Of a DNA stretch of 64,000 nucleotides, positions 10,099 through 20,241 are shown piece after piece; positions within the stretch are counted from its first letter, which is position 1; the number at the start of each line of letters is the position of its first letter. Under the pieces are notes generated by a model. It made no database searches and was not told the DNA's origin. It worked only from the letters and a program-made list of their open reading frames with translations. The position numbers were made by a program, and so were the translations under genes. Source of the DNA: an uncultured Gammaproteobacteria bacterium (GTDB taxonomy: Bacteria; Patescibacteriota; Patescibacteriia; VMEV01; CAYQCH01); assembly GCA_964352335.1 (NCBI GenBank), contig CAYGRO010000002.1:13138-77137 (forward strand). Reading direction: 5' to 3'.

Positions 10099-10599
10099 TT
10101 ATAAAGATTGTACCGATTCTGGTATTTCAGAGCGGTCAAAGTCTTCCAATTTGTCTATAAATAAAATACCATTTAAATGATCGATTTCATGTTGTAAAAC
10201 ACGTGCAAATAAGCCTTGAGCGTCATAGATTTGTTCATCACCATTTTCGTCAATGCATTTTACAGAGACAGATGAATAACGCTTAACTGAGCCATATTCT
10301 CCTGGAACACTTAAACAACCTTCTTCACCTATTTCTACGTCCTTTGAATGTTTAATAATTTCAGGGTTGATAAACGGAATAGCTCCATCTTTTGTCTCTA
10401 CAACAATAATGCGTTCATTCACTTCTACTTGAATAGCAGCAAGTCCAATTCCATTCTCTTTACGCATCGTCAAAATCATATCGGCAATAAGTTGCTGATA
10501 TTTTTCTTGTTTAACATCTTCCACCTCAACGGCAATTTGTCGCAAAAAGGGGTGGGGTTCTGCTAATACAGGTAATCGTTTTGGTTTATAACTACTCAT
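10099..10599 (-). CDS. def: peptide deformylase
   Basis: GIGLAAIQV, EGCLSVPG and QHEIDHLNG motifs. Lies upstream of fmt as in the classic def-fmt pair. Confidence 0.9.
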   Translation of the reverse strand: MSSYKPKRLPVLAEPHPFLRQIAVEVEDVKQEKYQQLIADMILTMRKENGIGLAAIQVEVNERIIVVETKDGAIPFINPEIIKHSKDVEIGEEGCLSVPGEYGSVKRYSSVSVKCIDENGDEQIYDAQGLFARVLQHEIDHLNGILFIDKLEDFDRSEIPESVQSL

Positions 10600-12425
10600 A
10601 CAACTTGTTCAGGATTGATATCAATAATGGCTTTACTATAAAGAGAATTTAGCATTTTGTCAAGAGTGGGGTCATTCTTCGTTGTTTGCTTTATTTGCCA
10701 TGAATACGCATAAATTTTGTTTTTTCTATAGCGTGAAAATGGCCCTAGAATCGTATATGGGCAGTTTTTATTAAGCTCACGAGTAAATGCTTCAACGGAG
10801 CCGATATATCTGAGGTCGGGCGATTTTAGCGTTATTGTGATAATCCGTGAAAAGGGAGGGTATTGTAAAAGTTTTCTCGCTTTCAATTCTTCTTGTCTAA
10901 ATGCGAGTAGATCTCCTCTTATGGCAAGATCAAAAGAGCCATCATCATTTTTTAGTGTTGTTTGAATGGTCAATGGTAGATTAAAGTAATCTTGAGAAAT
11001 AGCTCTATGCCATTGAATTGCTTGAAAGAACCATTCATTCGAACGATAATCTGGTAAGAATAATAAATTTTCTGGATGTAGATAAATAATTTTTCCAACA
11101 GAATTTGGTTCAACTTTTCTAAATAGTCGTTTTAATAAGTATGGGGTAGTTAAAATGAATGAAGGTGAGTCTATAGTCACTTCATCAATGGTTTGAGCGG
11201 TAATTACTTGTACTTGTTCATAGGAGTTTTTGATCCAGTCAGAAAGACCCTCTAACCCAAGTCCGAATGCTTTTATTCTTTGTCCTTTACAAGAAGTACA
11301 ATGATTAGGCATAGGTTCTTGATGGGCACATGAAGAGCAAAATAAAGCATTATTTTTTACATGTAATGATCCATGTTGATTTGGGCAAATCCATTGTTGT
11401 TTACAATCTAAACAACGAATAGTGCTTGCCTCATACTTGGCATTATTAATAAGTATAAGATGCTTTTGTTCTGCATAGGTTTTTTTCATTTCTTCGATGA
11501 GGTTTTCATGTAAGGGCAAAGATGCAGATTTATGAACAATAGAATGAATAGGTGCAGGGGAAGAAGAGGTAAGATTCCACTGTGTAGAATTAGCAATTCT
11601 GGGTGATAGAGAAAATTGAATAAGAGGAATCTTTAGTGATTCACAAAATAATTTAGCCATATCGCGGATATCGTAATTTGGAGTTGCTTCCCAAGATTTA
11701 TGGTCATTACTTTCCGGGTGGTCAATAATAATTTGTTCTATTTGTTGTAAAGGTAAAAACAAACCAGAGCGTGAAGCAATTACAAGCGAGGCTTTCTCCT
11801 TAATTTCTTGCCATAATTGCCATTGATTCGTTTTATTCATTTGGTTGTCCCATAAAAACGAGGTTGAATCATCGCATTCAAGTAATTGAAAGAGCTCTTC
11901 TGCATCCGTTATTTGTGAGCAAAGAATAAGTGTCTTTTTCGCTTTAACAAGTGATCTAAGTGAATGCACTTTTTCAGATAAATTGTGGTAAACAATGGTT
12001 TGAGTCTCATTGTTTTGATTTTCTACTTTTGTTTCAGGAATGAGTTGAGGCAAAAGAAGCTTGTTTCTTGTCTTTTGATTAAAGGCTCTTTTCGTTTTCG
12101 GTATTTCTGGTGTAAAGGACTTTGTTAATGTCGGTACTGAACAATGGTAAAGAGAACTAAATTTTTCTAATACCTCTAAATGACTAGTATTCCAACTAGG
12201 TTGGGTTTCTTTTATCGAGGTAATAAATGCAATTTTTTCAAGAGGGAAATTCAGTGGTGGTTTTTTTGAAGTCGATACAATAATTCCAAAAACAGCTTTT
12301 TTTCGAAAAGGAATTTCTACAAATTGTCCTATAAAAATAGACCCTTCTAGATCAGAAGGGATTTTATAAGTAAATGACGTCGCGCCATAAGGCATGCGAA
12401 CTAATGGGATGATATTTGCAAACAT
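10596..12425 (-). CDS. priA: primosomal protein N' (PriA) homolog with degenerate helicase ATPase motifs
   Basis: N-terminal 3'-DNA-binding-like region (FTYKIPSDLEGSIFIGQFVEIPF). Motif Ia/II-like segments (KKTLILCSQITDAEE, LVIASRSGLF, IIDHPESNDH). Cys-rich zinc region (CLDCKQQWICPNQHG...CSSCAH...CTSCKG). No GxGKT Walker A. The start is placed at the ATG at 12423-12425, one nt after the upstream stop. Confidence 0.7.
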   Translation of the reverse strand: MFANIIPLVRMPYGATSFTYKIPSDLEGSIFIGQFVEIPFRKKAVFGIIVSTSKKPPLNFPLEKIAFITSIKETQPSWNTSHLEVLEKFSSLYHCSVPTLTKSFTPEIPKTKRAFNQKTRNKLLLPQLIPETKVENQNNETQTIVYHNLSEKVHSLRSLVKAKKTLILCSQITDAEELFQLLECDDSTSFLWDNQMNKTNQWQLWQEIKEKASLVIASRSGLFLPLQQIEQIIIDHPESNDHKSWEATPNYDIRDMAKLFCESLKIPLIQFSLSPRIANSTQWNLTSSSPAPIHSIVHKSASLPLHENLIEEMKKTYAEQKHLILINNAKYEASTIRCLDCKQQWICPNQHGSLHVKNNALFCSSCAHQEPMPNHCTSCKGQRIKAFGLGLEGLSDWIKNSYEQVQVITAQTIDEVTIDSPSFILTTPYLLKRLFRKVEPNSVGKIIYLHPENLLFLPDYRSNEWFFQAIQWHRAISQDYFNLPLTIQTTLKNDDGSFDLAIRGDLLAFRQEELKARKLLQYPPFSRIITITLKSPDLRYIGSVEAFTRELNKNCPYTILGPFSRYRKNKIYAYSWQIKQTTKNDPTLDKMLNSLYSKAIIDINPEQVV

Positions 12426-12426
12426 A

Positions 12427-13191
12427 TTAGAGTAGTTCTGCTGCATAAAAACAGGTACGTTCATCTTTTTCGAAGGAGAGCTCAATTACCTTTGGTTTGT
12501 TTTCAAATAAACCTGATGCTATATCTAAAACATGTGTAATAGATGCGTGAAGCATTTCTTTTGAGTCAGACTCTGGGTTGAAATCGAAGTGACCAGAATT
12601 GATTTGTTCTCGAAGATCTGAATTTTTGATTTGAGCTGATTTAATGAGTTGAGAAGTCTTTGTTTGAAAAAGTGAACCTAGAAAAATAATTGCAAATTCT
12701 TCCTCAGAATGAGAAAGCGAAGCGAGAAGGTGTTTGCCTAAGTGGTTTCGTTGCTCTTTTGATGATAAATGAAAATTATTAAGAGCTAGGTATTCAATTT
12801 TTTCAGCAGGATGTCTAAACGTTTCTAATAAATGAATTGCCACTGCATGCCCATAATCAATATCACTTGAATCGATGAGTTCAATAGGATTTAATGGATG
12901 TGGGGCTGTTTGAATAAGGTTATAGCCTTCCCACCAAATTGGTACAGTACTTTTTGTGATCAAATCACCAAAGTCTGCAAATGACAGTTCATACATTGGA
13001 TGAGTATAGATAGAGAAGGAACTTCTTTCATACTTGGGGCTGTCAGAAATTGTGAGGACTTTTGTTATTCCTTTTTTTCGTAATTCATCACGGACTTTTT
13101 GAAAGATTTTTTTTGTTTCAAGAAATTGATTTTTCTCAAACGCATGAAGCAAAAGAGGGGAGTTTGGTAATACAACAATGTATGGATTCAT
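12427..13191 (-). CDS. hypothetical protein
   Basis: 254 aa with no recognisable motif. Coupled to priA by a stop-1nt-ATG junction. Confidence 0.4.
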   Translation of the reverse strand: MNPYIVVLPNSPLLLHAFEKNQFLETKKIFQKVRDELRKKGITKVLTISDSPKYERSSFSIYTHPMYELSFADFGDLITKSTVPIWWEGYNLIQTAPHPLNPIELIDSSDIDYGHAVAIHLLETFRHPAEKIEYLALNNFHLSSKEQRNHLGKHLLASLSHSEEEFAIIFLGSLFQTKTSQLIKSAQIKNSDLREQINSGHFDFNPESDSKEMLHASITHVLDIASGLFENKPKVIELSFEKDERTCFYAAELL

Positions 13192-13193
13192 AA

Positions 13194-14648
13194 TTATTCA
13201 GCAATATCAGTAGCAGCTAAGGTTTGTGGAAGTACAGATAGTACTTCTCCGTTTACGTGTAGTGCAAGAAGTCCTTCTGAAACGGTTTGGATCATTGTCC
13301 ATTTGTATCCTAAAGCATTAAAAGTTTCTTCCGAGTCAATTTCATGTTTCATTCCATTTGCGATGACATAAACGGAAGGAGAATTAGCAGATTTAACAAG
13401 TAGTCCGTCTTTTAGCTTAACTGGGGCTCCTTTTACATATCGTTCTAATTCTTCAACGGTCCCTTTACGCGCGATAAGTGAGGGATAGTTCAAAGATAAT
13501 AGCTCAGGAGCGATTAGTGGGTACTTAACTCCGTCTTGTACAAAAAAGATTCCGAAACTATTTGGGTCTTGTACAAGTGCACCAATCGGCTCAAGAGAAG
13601 CAACCGTAATTGGGGTTCCTTCTTCAAAAAAAGCTAATGCAGATTCTGCGACATCTTCAATTTCATCTTCAAAAAAACCTAATTGCATAAATGTTGCTTG
13701 GTCTGTAATCAATCGCAATTGATTATTAATCAACAAATATTTTTCTCCAGAAGCAACTCGTAAAAGACTAGATTCAGGATAGGCAATATATGGTCCTTCA
13801 GAATAAGCTTCTAAAACAGCAGGGGGAACTTGAATAATTTGATTCAACGAGTAACGTGAGGTTAAAGAAGAGATATTATGAAATGCATGTTTTTTCCCAT
13901 CTTTAATAAGCCATACACCTGGGGATCCAAATGCTTGTAATAATGTCCCAGATGGATAAGTTAAAGAAGTAGCAAACCACTTTTGCCAAATTTTATAAAA
14001 TAAAAGATTTCCGTGAATATGAGGGGTGTAATTGTATAGGGCAGCTGTTGCAGAGTTTTGAATAAGTACATCTTGCCCGTCTATAGAGTAGGTTTCTCCA
14101 TAGGTAAAATGAAAATCTTGGAGATTTACTGGAACATATTGCAAAAATTCAGCAGCGCTATCTACTTGTTTAGCAAACCCTTTGAATTTTTGAACAAATG
14201 GATGGTCTACATCACAGTCATCACAAACAGCATAACCAGTTGCCCAATGAAATTGAGTATCTTTTGGGGTATTGTCTGTAATAAGACTTTGTTCTTTTTG
14301 TAATAAAACAATTAAAGCTTTTGGGTTAATAGACCTTCTTTGAGCTGCATCATGAATAATCATGGCTGCTGTTTTCATTAAGCCGTCGATATCTGGCTCT
14401 ACATGATCTTTCAATAGCCCTGGTTGTTCATTTAAAAAGGCTTGAATGGCTTCAACGGACATCGTTCCCGTGGCGAATAAATCTGCATCAGAGATAATAA
14501 AGCCTGGGTCAAACTCTTGTGGGATGGTGTCATGATCCGCAAGCGCAGGGGTAGAGACAAAAAGAAGGCAAATAGCCAAAAAGATTGATGATATTTTTTT
14601 CATAGTCAAAAAATTATAGCATAAAAGACCGATTGAAATCAAAGTCAA
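13194..14648 (-). CDS. secreted hypothetical protein
   Basis: The signal peptide probably starts at MKKISSIFLAICLLFVSTPALA, an internal Met about 15 codons in. About 460 aa with no catalytic motif recognised. Confidence 0.5.
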   Translation of the reverse strand: MTLISIGLLCYNFLTMKKISSIFLAICLLFVSTPALADHDTIPQEFDPGFIISDADLFATGTMSVEAIQAFLNEQPGLLKDHVEPDIDGLMKTAAMIIHDAAQRRSINPKALIVLLQKEQSLITDNTPKDTQFHWATGYAVCDDCDVDHPFVQKFKGFAKQVDSAAEFLQYVPVNLQDFHFTYGETYSIDGQDVLIQNSATAALYNYTPHIHGNLLFYKIWQKWFATSLTYPSGTLLQAFGSPGVWLIKDGKKHAFHNISSLTSRYSLNQIIQVPPAVLEAYSEGPYIAYPESSLLRVASGEKYLLINNQLRLITDQATFMQLGFFEDEIEDVAESALAFFEEGTPITVASLEPIGALVQDPNSFGIFFVQDGVKYPLIAPELLSLNYPSLIARKGTVEELERYVKGAPVKLKDGLLVKSANSPSVYVIANGMKHEIDSEETFNALGYKWTMIQTVSEGLLALHVNGEVLSVLPQTLAATDIAE

Positions 14649-14679
14649 AAGACTGAGGATATGCCCCAGTCTTTTCAGT

Positions 14680-17337
14680 CTATTTTACAACTTCTACTGC
14701 AAATTTCGTTCGTTTAAAATCTACATTTACATCAATTTTATCGGTTGATTCTCCTCTTTCTAGTAATGCCATGGCCAGCGGGTCTAATATTTCATGCTGA
14801 ATTGTTCGTTTCAGCGGTCTAGCTCCATAAACTGGGTCGAATCCAGTTTTTGCTAATTGATCCTTGGCTTTAGTTGAAACAGTAATATTAATTGACTTGT
14901 TTTTGAGCCTATTTACCATTTGATCGACTTGAACATCAACAATTTGTCGCAAATTCTTATGATTTAAATGGTGGAAGATAATAATATCATCAAGCCTATT
15001 TAAGAACTCAGGTTTGAAATGTCCTTTAATAGATTCTAAGACTCGGTCTTTCATTTCCAAGTAGTTTGCATCTTCTTCTTTCGTTTTTTGTGCACTTGTG
15101 CCATCTCCGCCAAATCCAATATTGAATTTATTGACAACTTCTGAACCTACATTCGAAGTTAAGATGATAATCGTATTTTTGAAGTTAACAACACGCCCTT
15201 TTGAGTCAGTTAATCGACCATTGTCGAGAACTTGCAATAAAATATTAAATGCTTCTGGATGAGCTTTTTCAATTTCATCGAATAAAACAACAGAGTAGGG
15301 GCGACGTCGAACTTTTTCTGTTAATTGTCCACCGTCTTCATAACCTACATAACCTGGAGGTGATCCGATAAGTCGCGACACGGCATGTCTTTCCATGTAT
15401 TCGGACATATCAATTCGGATGAGAGCTTTTTCATCATTGAACATGAATTCAGCCAATGATTTTGCTAATTCTGTTTTTCCAACCCCTGTCGGTCCAACAA
15501 ACATGAAACTTCCAATTGGTCGGTTGTCGTCTGCGATTCCCACACGAGACCGTCTTAATGCATTTGAGATAGCCGTGATTGCTTCCTTTTGACCAATAAC
15601 TCGTTTCGCTAATTCGTCTTCTGCATTCTTTAATTTATCCATATCAGATTGCAACATTTTTCGAACAGGAATCCCTGTCCATTTTGAAACAACCGCGGCA
15701 ATATCTTCTTCTGTAACCTCTTCTTTTAATACTCGGTGTTCTTTTTGGGTTTTGATCAATTTTTGTTGTAGCTCTTCCATGCGTTTTTCTAATTCTGGAA
15801 TTCGTCCATAACGAATTTCAGCTACTTTTTGCAAGTCAGCTCCACGTTCTGAAATTTCAGCTTCTTGTTTTAATTGGTCGATGTCTTTTTTCGTTTGTCG
15901 GATTTCAGTAATAATTTCTTTCTCACTTTTCCATTGAATTTCTAATTCATTACTCAACTCTTTAAGCTCAGAAATTTCTTTTTCTAATTCACTTAATCGT
16001 TCTTTTGATGCTTTATCATCTTCATTTTTCAAAGCAGCTCGCTCAATTTCGAACTTCATTAATTGACGTTTATACTTATCTAATTCATCAGGCATAGAAT
16101 CAATTTCCATTCGTAGGGCAGAGGTGGCTTCATCAATCAAATCAATTGCTTTATCTGGTAAAAATCGGTCAGTAATATATCGATCAGAAAGCTCTCCGGC
16201 CGCAACAATGGCAGGGTCGGTAATACGAACACCATGGTGAACTTCATATTTTTCTTTAATTCCACGTAAAATAGCGATCGTATCTTCTACTGTCGGTTCA
16301 CCAACAAAAACAGGTTGAAATCTTCGTTCCAAGGCTGCATCTTTTTCAATATACTTTTGGTATTCTTTTAACGTTGTAGCACCAATAGCATAGAGCTCAC
16401 CACGAGCGAGTGCTGGTTTTAACATATTAGAAGCGTCCATAGATCCTTCCATGGCACCAGCTCCAATAAGTGTATGTAATTCGTCGATGAAAAGAATAAT
16501 TTTTCCGTCTGAGTTTTTTACTTCTTTTAAAACAGCTTTTAATCGGTCTTCAAATTCACCTCGAAATTTTGTTCCAGCAACTAATGCACCTAGGTCGAGT
16601 GAAATAAGTTCACGATTCTTCAATGATTCAGGGACATCACCAGCAACAATTCGTTGTGAAAGACCTTCTGCAATGGCTGTTTTACCCGTTCCAGGTTCTC
16701 CAATCAAAACGGGATTATTTTTTGTTCGACGAGTAATAACTTGCATAATTCTTCGGATCTCTGTGTCCCTACCAATGATAGGATCCATCTTTTCTTCTCT
16801 CGCTAATTGAGTAAAGTTGATCCCATATTTTTCTAAAGCTTGGTATTTTGATTCCGGTTCAGGATCAGTAATTCGATGGCTTCCTCGTACTTCGACAAGA
16901 ATGCTTAAGACTGCATCATAATTAACACCTAATTCAGTTAGTATAGGTAAAACAGGGGAACGCTCAATAACCATTCCGAGTAATAAATGTTCCGTACTAA
17001 TATAGTCATCACCAAGTTTTTCTGCTTCTTTTTCAGATTGAAGTAATATTTTATTCAAATTTTGACTGAGCACAATTTGGTTTACATTGATCTCTTTTTC
17101 TGTAAGAGGGAATTTTGAAATCGTATTTCGTAGTAATGCCTTTAAGACATCTTCATCTACTCCTAGTTTTCTTAAAATCGATCCGACGACACCATCTTCT
17201 TGCTCAACCAAAATTAAGAGTAAATGCTCAGCTTGCATTTCATGGTGTTTAGATTCATAAACAAAACGATGTGTTCGTTGTAATGCTTCTTGTGATTTTG
17301 TTGTAAATTTATTGATTGGAATCATTTTTATGTACAT
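14680..17337 (-). CDS. clpB: ATP-dependent chaperone ClpB
   Basis: Clp N-domain. First AAA module GEPGTGKT. Long coiled-coil middle domain. Second AAA module [12 protein letters not shown]. Confidence 0.95.
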   Translation of the reverse strand: MYIKMIPINKFTTKSQEALQRTHRFVYESKHHEMQAEHLLLILVEQEDGVVGSILRKLGVDEDVLKALLRNTISKFPLTEKEINVNQIVLSQNLNKILLQSEKEAEKLGDDYISTEHLLLGMVIERSPVLPILTELGVNYDAVLSILVEVRGSHRITDPEPESKYQALEKYGINFTQLAREEKMDPIIGRDTEIRRIMQVITRRTKNNPVLIGEPGTGKTAIAEGLSQRIVAGDVPESLKNRELISLDLGALVAGTKFRGEFEDRLKAVLKEVKNSDGKIILFIDELHTLIGAGAMEGSMDASNMLKPALARGELYAIGATTLKEYQKYIEKDAALERRFQPVFVGEPTVEDTIAILRGIKEKYEVHHGVRITDPAIVAAGELSDRYITDRFLPDKAIDLIDEATSALRMEIDSMPDELDKYKRQLMKFEIERAALKNEDDKASKERLSELEKEISELKELSNELEIQWKSEKEIITEIRQTKKDIDQLKQEAEISERGADLQKVAEIRYGRIPELEKRMEELQQKLIKTQKEHRVLKEEVTEEDIAAVVSKWTGIPVRKMLQSDMDKLKNAEDELAKRVIGQKEAITAISNALRRSRVGIADDNRPIGSFMFVGPTGVGKTELAKSLAEFMFNDEKALIRIDMSEYMERHAVSRLIGSPPGYVGYEDGGQLTEKVRRRPYSVVLFDEIEKAHPEAFNILLQVLDNGRLTDSKGRVVNFKNTIIILTSNVGSEVVNKFNIGFGGDGTSAQKTKEEDANYLEMKDRVLESIKGHFKPEFLNRLDDIIIFHHLNHKNLRQIVDVQVDQMVNRLKNKSINITVSTKAKDQLAKTGFDPVYGARPLKRTIQHEILDPLAMALLERGESTDKIDVNVDFKRTKFAVEVVK

Positions 17338-17376
17338 GGGGCATGCTCATGATAGAGACGTATCCCAATGGAATTA

Positions 17377-17403
17377 TTAGCAGTCAGGCTTTGTGAGTGC
17401 TAA
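17377..17403. promoter_or_regulatory. CIRCE element (HrcA operator) upstream of clpB
   Basis: TTAGCAGTC-N9-GAGTGCTAA against the consensus TTAGCACTC-N9-GAGTGCTAA, a 17/18 match. It lies 40-66 nt upstream of the clpB start, in the divergent intergenic region. Confidence 0.7.
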
Positions 17404-17495
17404 TACAAATGTACCCCAAAAAACCTTTCAAGTCAATAGTGCACAGGTCTGATATTCCCATTTTTGCTCGAGAGTTCTATACTATATCTACGTTT

Positions 17496-18680
17496 ATGAA
17501 TAATAGCCAAACTCATATCTTGGGTTCCAAAATAGATTTGCTAAATTCTGATCAAATTGATCAGCTTTTTTTGCAATGGGAAAAATCATCTAAATTGCAT
17601 CATGTCGTCACTTTGAACCCTGAAATTTGTCTGTATGGAGAAGATAAAGAGGATTATCGAAGACATGTCCTCAATCAAGCAGATTTAACAACAAGAGATG
17701 GTTTTGGGATTCGGTTTGGTGCATGGCTATTAGGAACAAAATCTCCAGAAAGAGTGACTGGTGGTACTTTAACAAAAAAGATTATCCAACTTGCATTAAA
17801 GTCAAATAAATCAATTTATTTGCTTGGAGGAGGAAGAGGAGTGGCCAAAAAAACAGCGAAAAAACTTAAATTACATTATCCCAATCTTCAAATCGCGGGT
17901 GCAGAAGAAGGAATGTCAAAACAAGATTATTCACTAACAAACCCTCAATTAGTAAATAGAATCAATCAGTCAGGAGCATCATTTTTATTAGTTGCATTCG
18001 GAGCCCCAAAACAAGAAAAATGGATAAATGCCAATAAAGACAAATTGACAGGTATTCGAATTGCAATTGGGGTTGGAGGTGTTTTTGATTATTTAGCTGG
18101 AGTAGTAGCTAGTCCACCTAAATTTTTAAGATCATTAGGGTTAGAATGGCTTTTTCGCTTAATTACACAAAGAAATAGAGTTAAAAGAGTTTTTAAGGCT
18201 GTTATTCTCTTCCCATTTCTTTGTTTAAAATGGAGATTAAGAATCACTTTGTCCTATAGAAGAAATGTCGTTGGCGTTATTCTCAATGAAAAAAGCGAAA
18301 TTCTTCTCGTTTCTCCCTGGTGGAGTGAAACAACAAAATGGCAATTTCCACAGGGCGGGGTAGATAAAGGTGAAACAGATCAAAATGCGATTCTGCGCGA
18401 AATGCATGAAGAATTAGGGACAGATAAATTAGAAATTGTTCACTATTGGCAAAACTCTTATGAATATGATTGGCCAAAGTGGTATCAATTACTACGAGGA
18501 TACAAAGGACAAAAGCAAAGTATGTTCCAGCTCAAGTTTATTGGTGAGAATACAGATATTGATATCGAAAATGAAGGGGAATTAAGCAAATGGATGTGGT
18601 CAACAAGGTCAGATGTTATCAATAATTTGGCTCCTTCACGAAAATCTATTGGAAAAATTGCACTGAATTTACTCGATTGA
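17496..18680 (+). CDS. fusion protein: WecB/TagA/CpsF-family glycosyltransferase + C-terminal NUDIX hydrolase
   Basis: N-terminal about 250 aa with TagA/WecG features (VTLNPEI, GIRFGAWLLG, YLLGGG, FLLVAFGAPKQEKWI, IAIGVGGVFDYLAG). C-terminal Nudix box GGVDKGETDQNAILREMHEELGT. The start is set at the ATG at 17496, because the CIRCE element lies inside the longer track ORF. Confidence 0.7.
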   Translation: MNNSQTHILGSKIDLLNSDQIDQLFLQWEKSSKLHHVVTLNPEICLYGEDKEDYRRHVLNQADLTTRDGFGIRFGAWLLGTKSPERVTGGTLTKKIIQLALKSNKSIYLLGGGRGVAKKTAKKLKLHYPNLQIAGAEEGMSKQDYSLTNPQLVNRINQSGASFLLVAFGAPKQEKWINANKDKLTGIRIAIGVGGVFDYLAGVVASPPKFLRSLGLEWLFRLITQRNRVKRVFKAVILFPFLCLKWRLRITLSYRRNVVGVILNEKSEILLVSPWWSETTKWQFPQGGVDKGETDQNAILREMHEELGTDKLEIVHYWQNSYEYDWPKWYQLLRGYKGQKQSMFQLKFIGENTDIDIENEGELSKWMWSTRSDVINNLAPSRKSIGKIALNLLD

Positions 18681-18720
18681 CGATTGACAAAAGATAACGT
18701 AATCTACTGAAACTATAAAA

Positions 18721-20241
18721 ATGATCATTATGAAACAAGTTCGAACAAGATTCGCACCAAGTCCAACCGGGTTTTTACATATTGGTGGGTTAAGAACCGC
18801 ACTTTTTTGTTATGCCTGGGCAAAGAAAAACAATGGAACATTCATTCTCCGAATTGAAGATACAGACCAAAATCGATTGGTAGAAGGAGCAATTAAACAA
18901 ATGTTTGATTCACTTGCTTGGGCTGGCATTACTCCAGATGAAGGAATAACAGGTGCAGATAATGGGAATATTACTCAATCTGGACAATTAGGACCATACA
19001 TTCAAAGTGAAAGAATAGACTTGTATATAAAATATGCTCAAGAGCTTTTGGATGCCAAAAAAGCTTATAAATGTTGGTGTACTCCTGAACGATTAGATGA
19101 AATGAGAGTTGCTCAAAGGGCCGCAAAACAAATGCCGAAATATGATCGACTTTGTTATCATTTATCTGAAGAGGAAAAACAAGAAAAGGAAGCAAGTAAC
19201 CAACCATCTGTTATTCGTTTTTTTGTACCAGAAGTGAAAGAAGTTGGGTGGGATGATCGTGTTTTTGGGAAAATGAAATTTGACGGTGATCAAATTGACG
19301 ACCTTGTTTTACTCAAAGCTGATGGTTTTCCAACCTATAATTTTGCCAATGTGATTGATGATCACTTAATGGAAATTTCTCATGTCATTCGTGGTCAAGA
19401 ATTTTTATCGAGTACACCAAAACATATTCTTCTCTATGAAGCCTTTGGTTGGGACATTCCAGAAATGGTTCATGTAGCTTGGATTTTAGGAAAGAATAAA
19501 CAAAAGCTGAGTAAACGAGATGATGCGGTCTCAGTTGATGATTATAAAAATATGGGAGTATTACCAGATGCATTAAATAATTATCTCGCATTATTAGGTT
19601 GGAACCCTGGAACAGATAGAGAGCTCTATTCATTAGAAGACTTAGTAAAAGAATTTGATATTAAGCAAGCACAAAAATCTGGTGCCGTTTGGGATCTAGA
19701 AAAGCTCCTTTGGTTTAATGGCCAATATATTCGAGAATTAGATGAGGATACGTATTTTGAGCACGCTGTGCCTGTATTAATTGCATCTAAAATGATTAAA
19801 ATGGATGGTACAGATTATCAAAATCTACTAGGTACTGGAATTATTACAGCAAACGATCTTAAAGCAATTTTACTAACAGAAAAAGCACGCATTAAGCGTT
19901 TTGAAGAGCTTACAGACAAAGTAAAATTCTTTTTTGTTGATGAGGTGAACTTTCAAAAAGAAGATCTTGTTTGGAAAAAAGGAAAGCTGGAAGATGTAAA
20001 ACCTATTCTTGAAGAAGTTCTCGCTAGGCTTAGTGTCATTAATGCATGGTCAAATGAAGCCATTCAAGATGCACTAAAAACGTATGTAGATGAAACTGAT
20101 TGGGGAGTAGGAGATGTTTTTTGGCCAACTCGTGTAGCTTTATCTGGGCAAGCACAAAGTCCAGGACCAAATGAAATTGGAGCCGCATTAGGAAAAGAGA
20201 AAACCTTAGAAAGGCTAGCAAAAACAATCGAAAAATTATGA
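18721..20241 (+). CDS. gltX: glutamyl-tRNA synthetase
   Basis: RTRFAPSPTGFLHIGG (HIGH) and KLSKR (KMSKS) class I motifs. Overall GluRS architecture. Confidence 0.9.
   Translation: MIIMKQVRTRFAPSPTGFLHIGGLRTALFCYAWAKKNNGTFILRIEDTDQNRLVEGAIKQMFDSLAWAGITPDEGITGADNGNITQSGQLGPYIQSERIDLYIKYAQELLDAKKAYKCWCTPERLDEMRVAQRAAKQMPKYDRLCYHLSEEEKQEKEASNQPSVIRFFVPEVKEVGWDDRVFGKMKFDGDQIDDLVLLKADGFPTYNFANVIDDHLMEISHVIRGQEFLSSTPKHILLYEAFGWDIPEMVHVAWILGKNKQKLSKRDDAVSVDDYKNMGVLPDALNNYLALLGWNPGTDRELYSLEDLVKEFDIKQAQKSGAVWDLEKLLWFNGQYIRELDEDTYFEHAVPVLIASKMIKMDGTDYQNLLGTGIITANDLKAILLTEKARIKRFEELTDKVKFFFVDEVNFQKEDLVWKKGKLEDVKPILEEVLARLSVINAWSNEAIQDALKTYVDETDWGVGDVFWPTRVALSGQAQSPGPNEIGAALGKEKTLERLAKTIEKL

Noticed and set aside
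14680-17337. Antisense ORFs inside clpB, for example 15395-15592 and 16451-16810 (plus strand). The same applies inside uvrA (52689-52948, 53744-54213), uvrB (56496-56853) and PBP2 (34977-35198)
   Set aside because: These are shadow ORFs on the opposite strand of strongly supported genes. They have no motifs and low-complexity translations.
17397-17495. Upstream extension of the TagA-NUDIX ORF
   Set aside because: It contains the CIRCE operator and the divergent clpB promoter region. The start was moved to the ATG at 17496.
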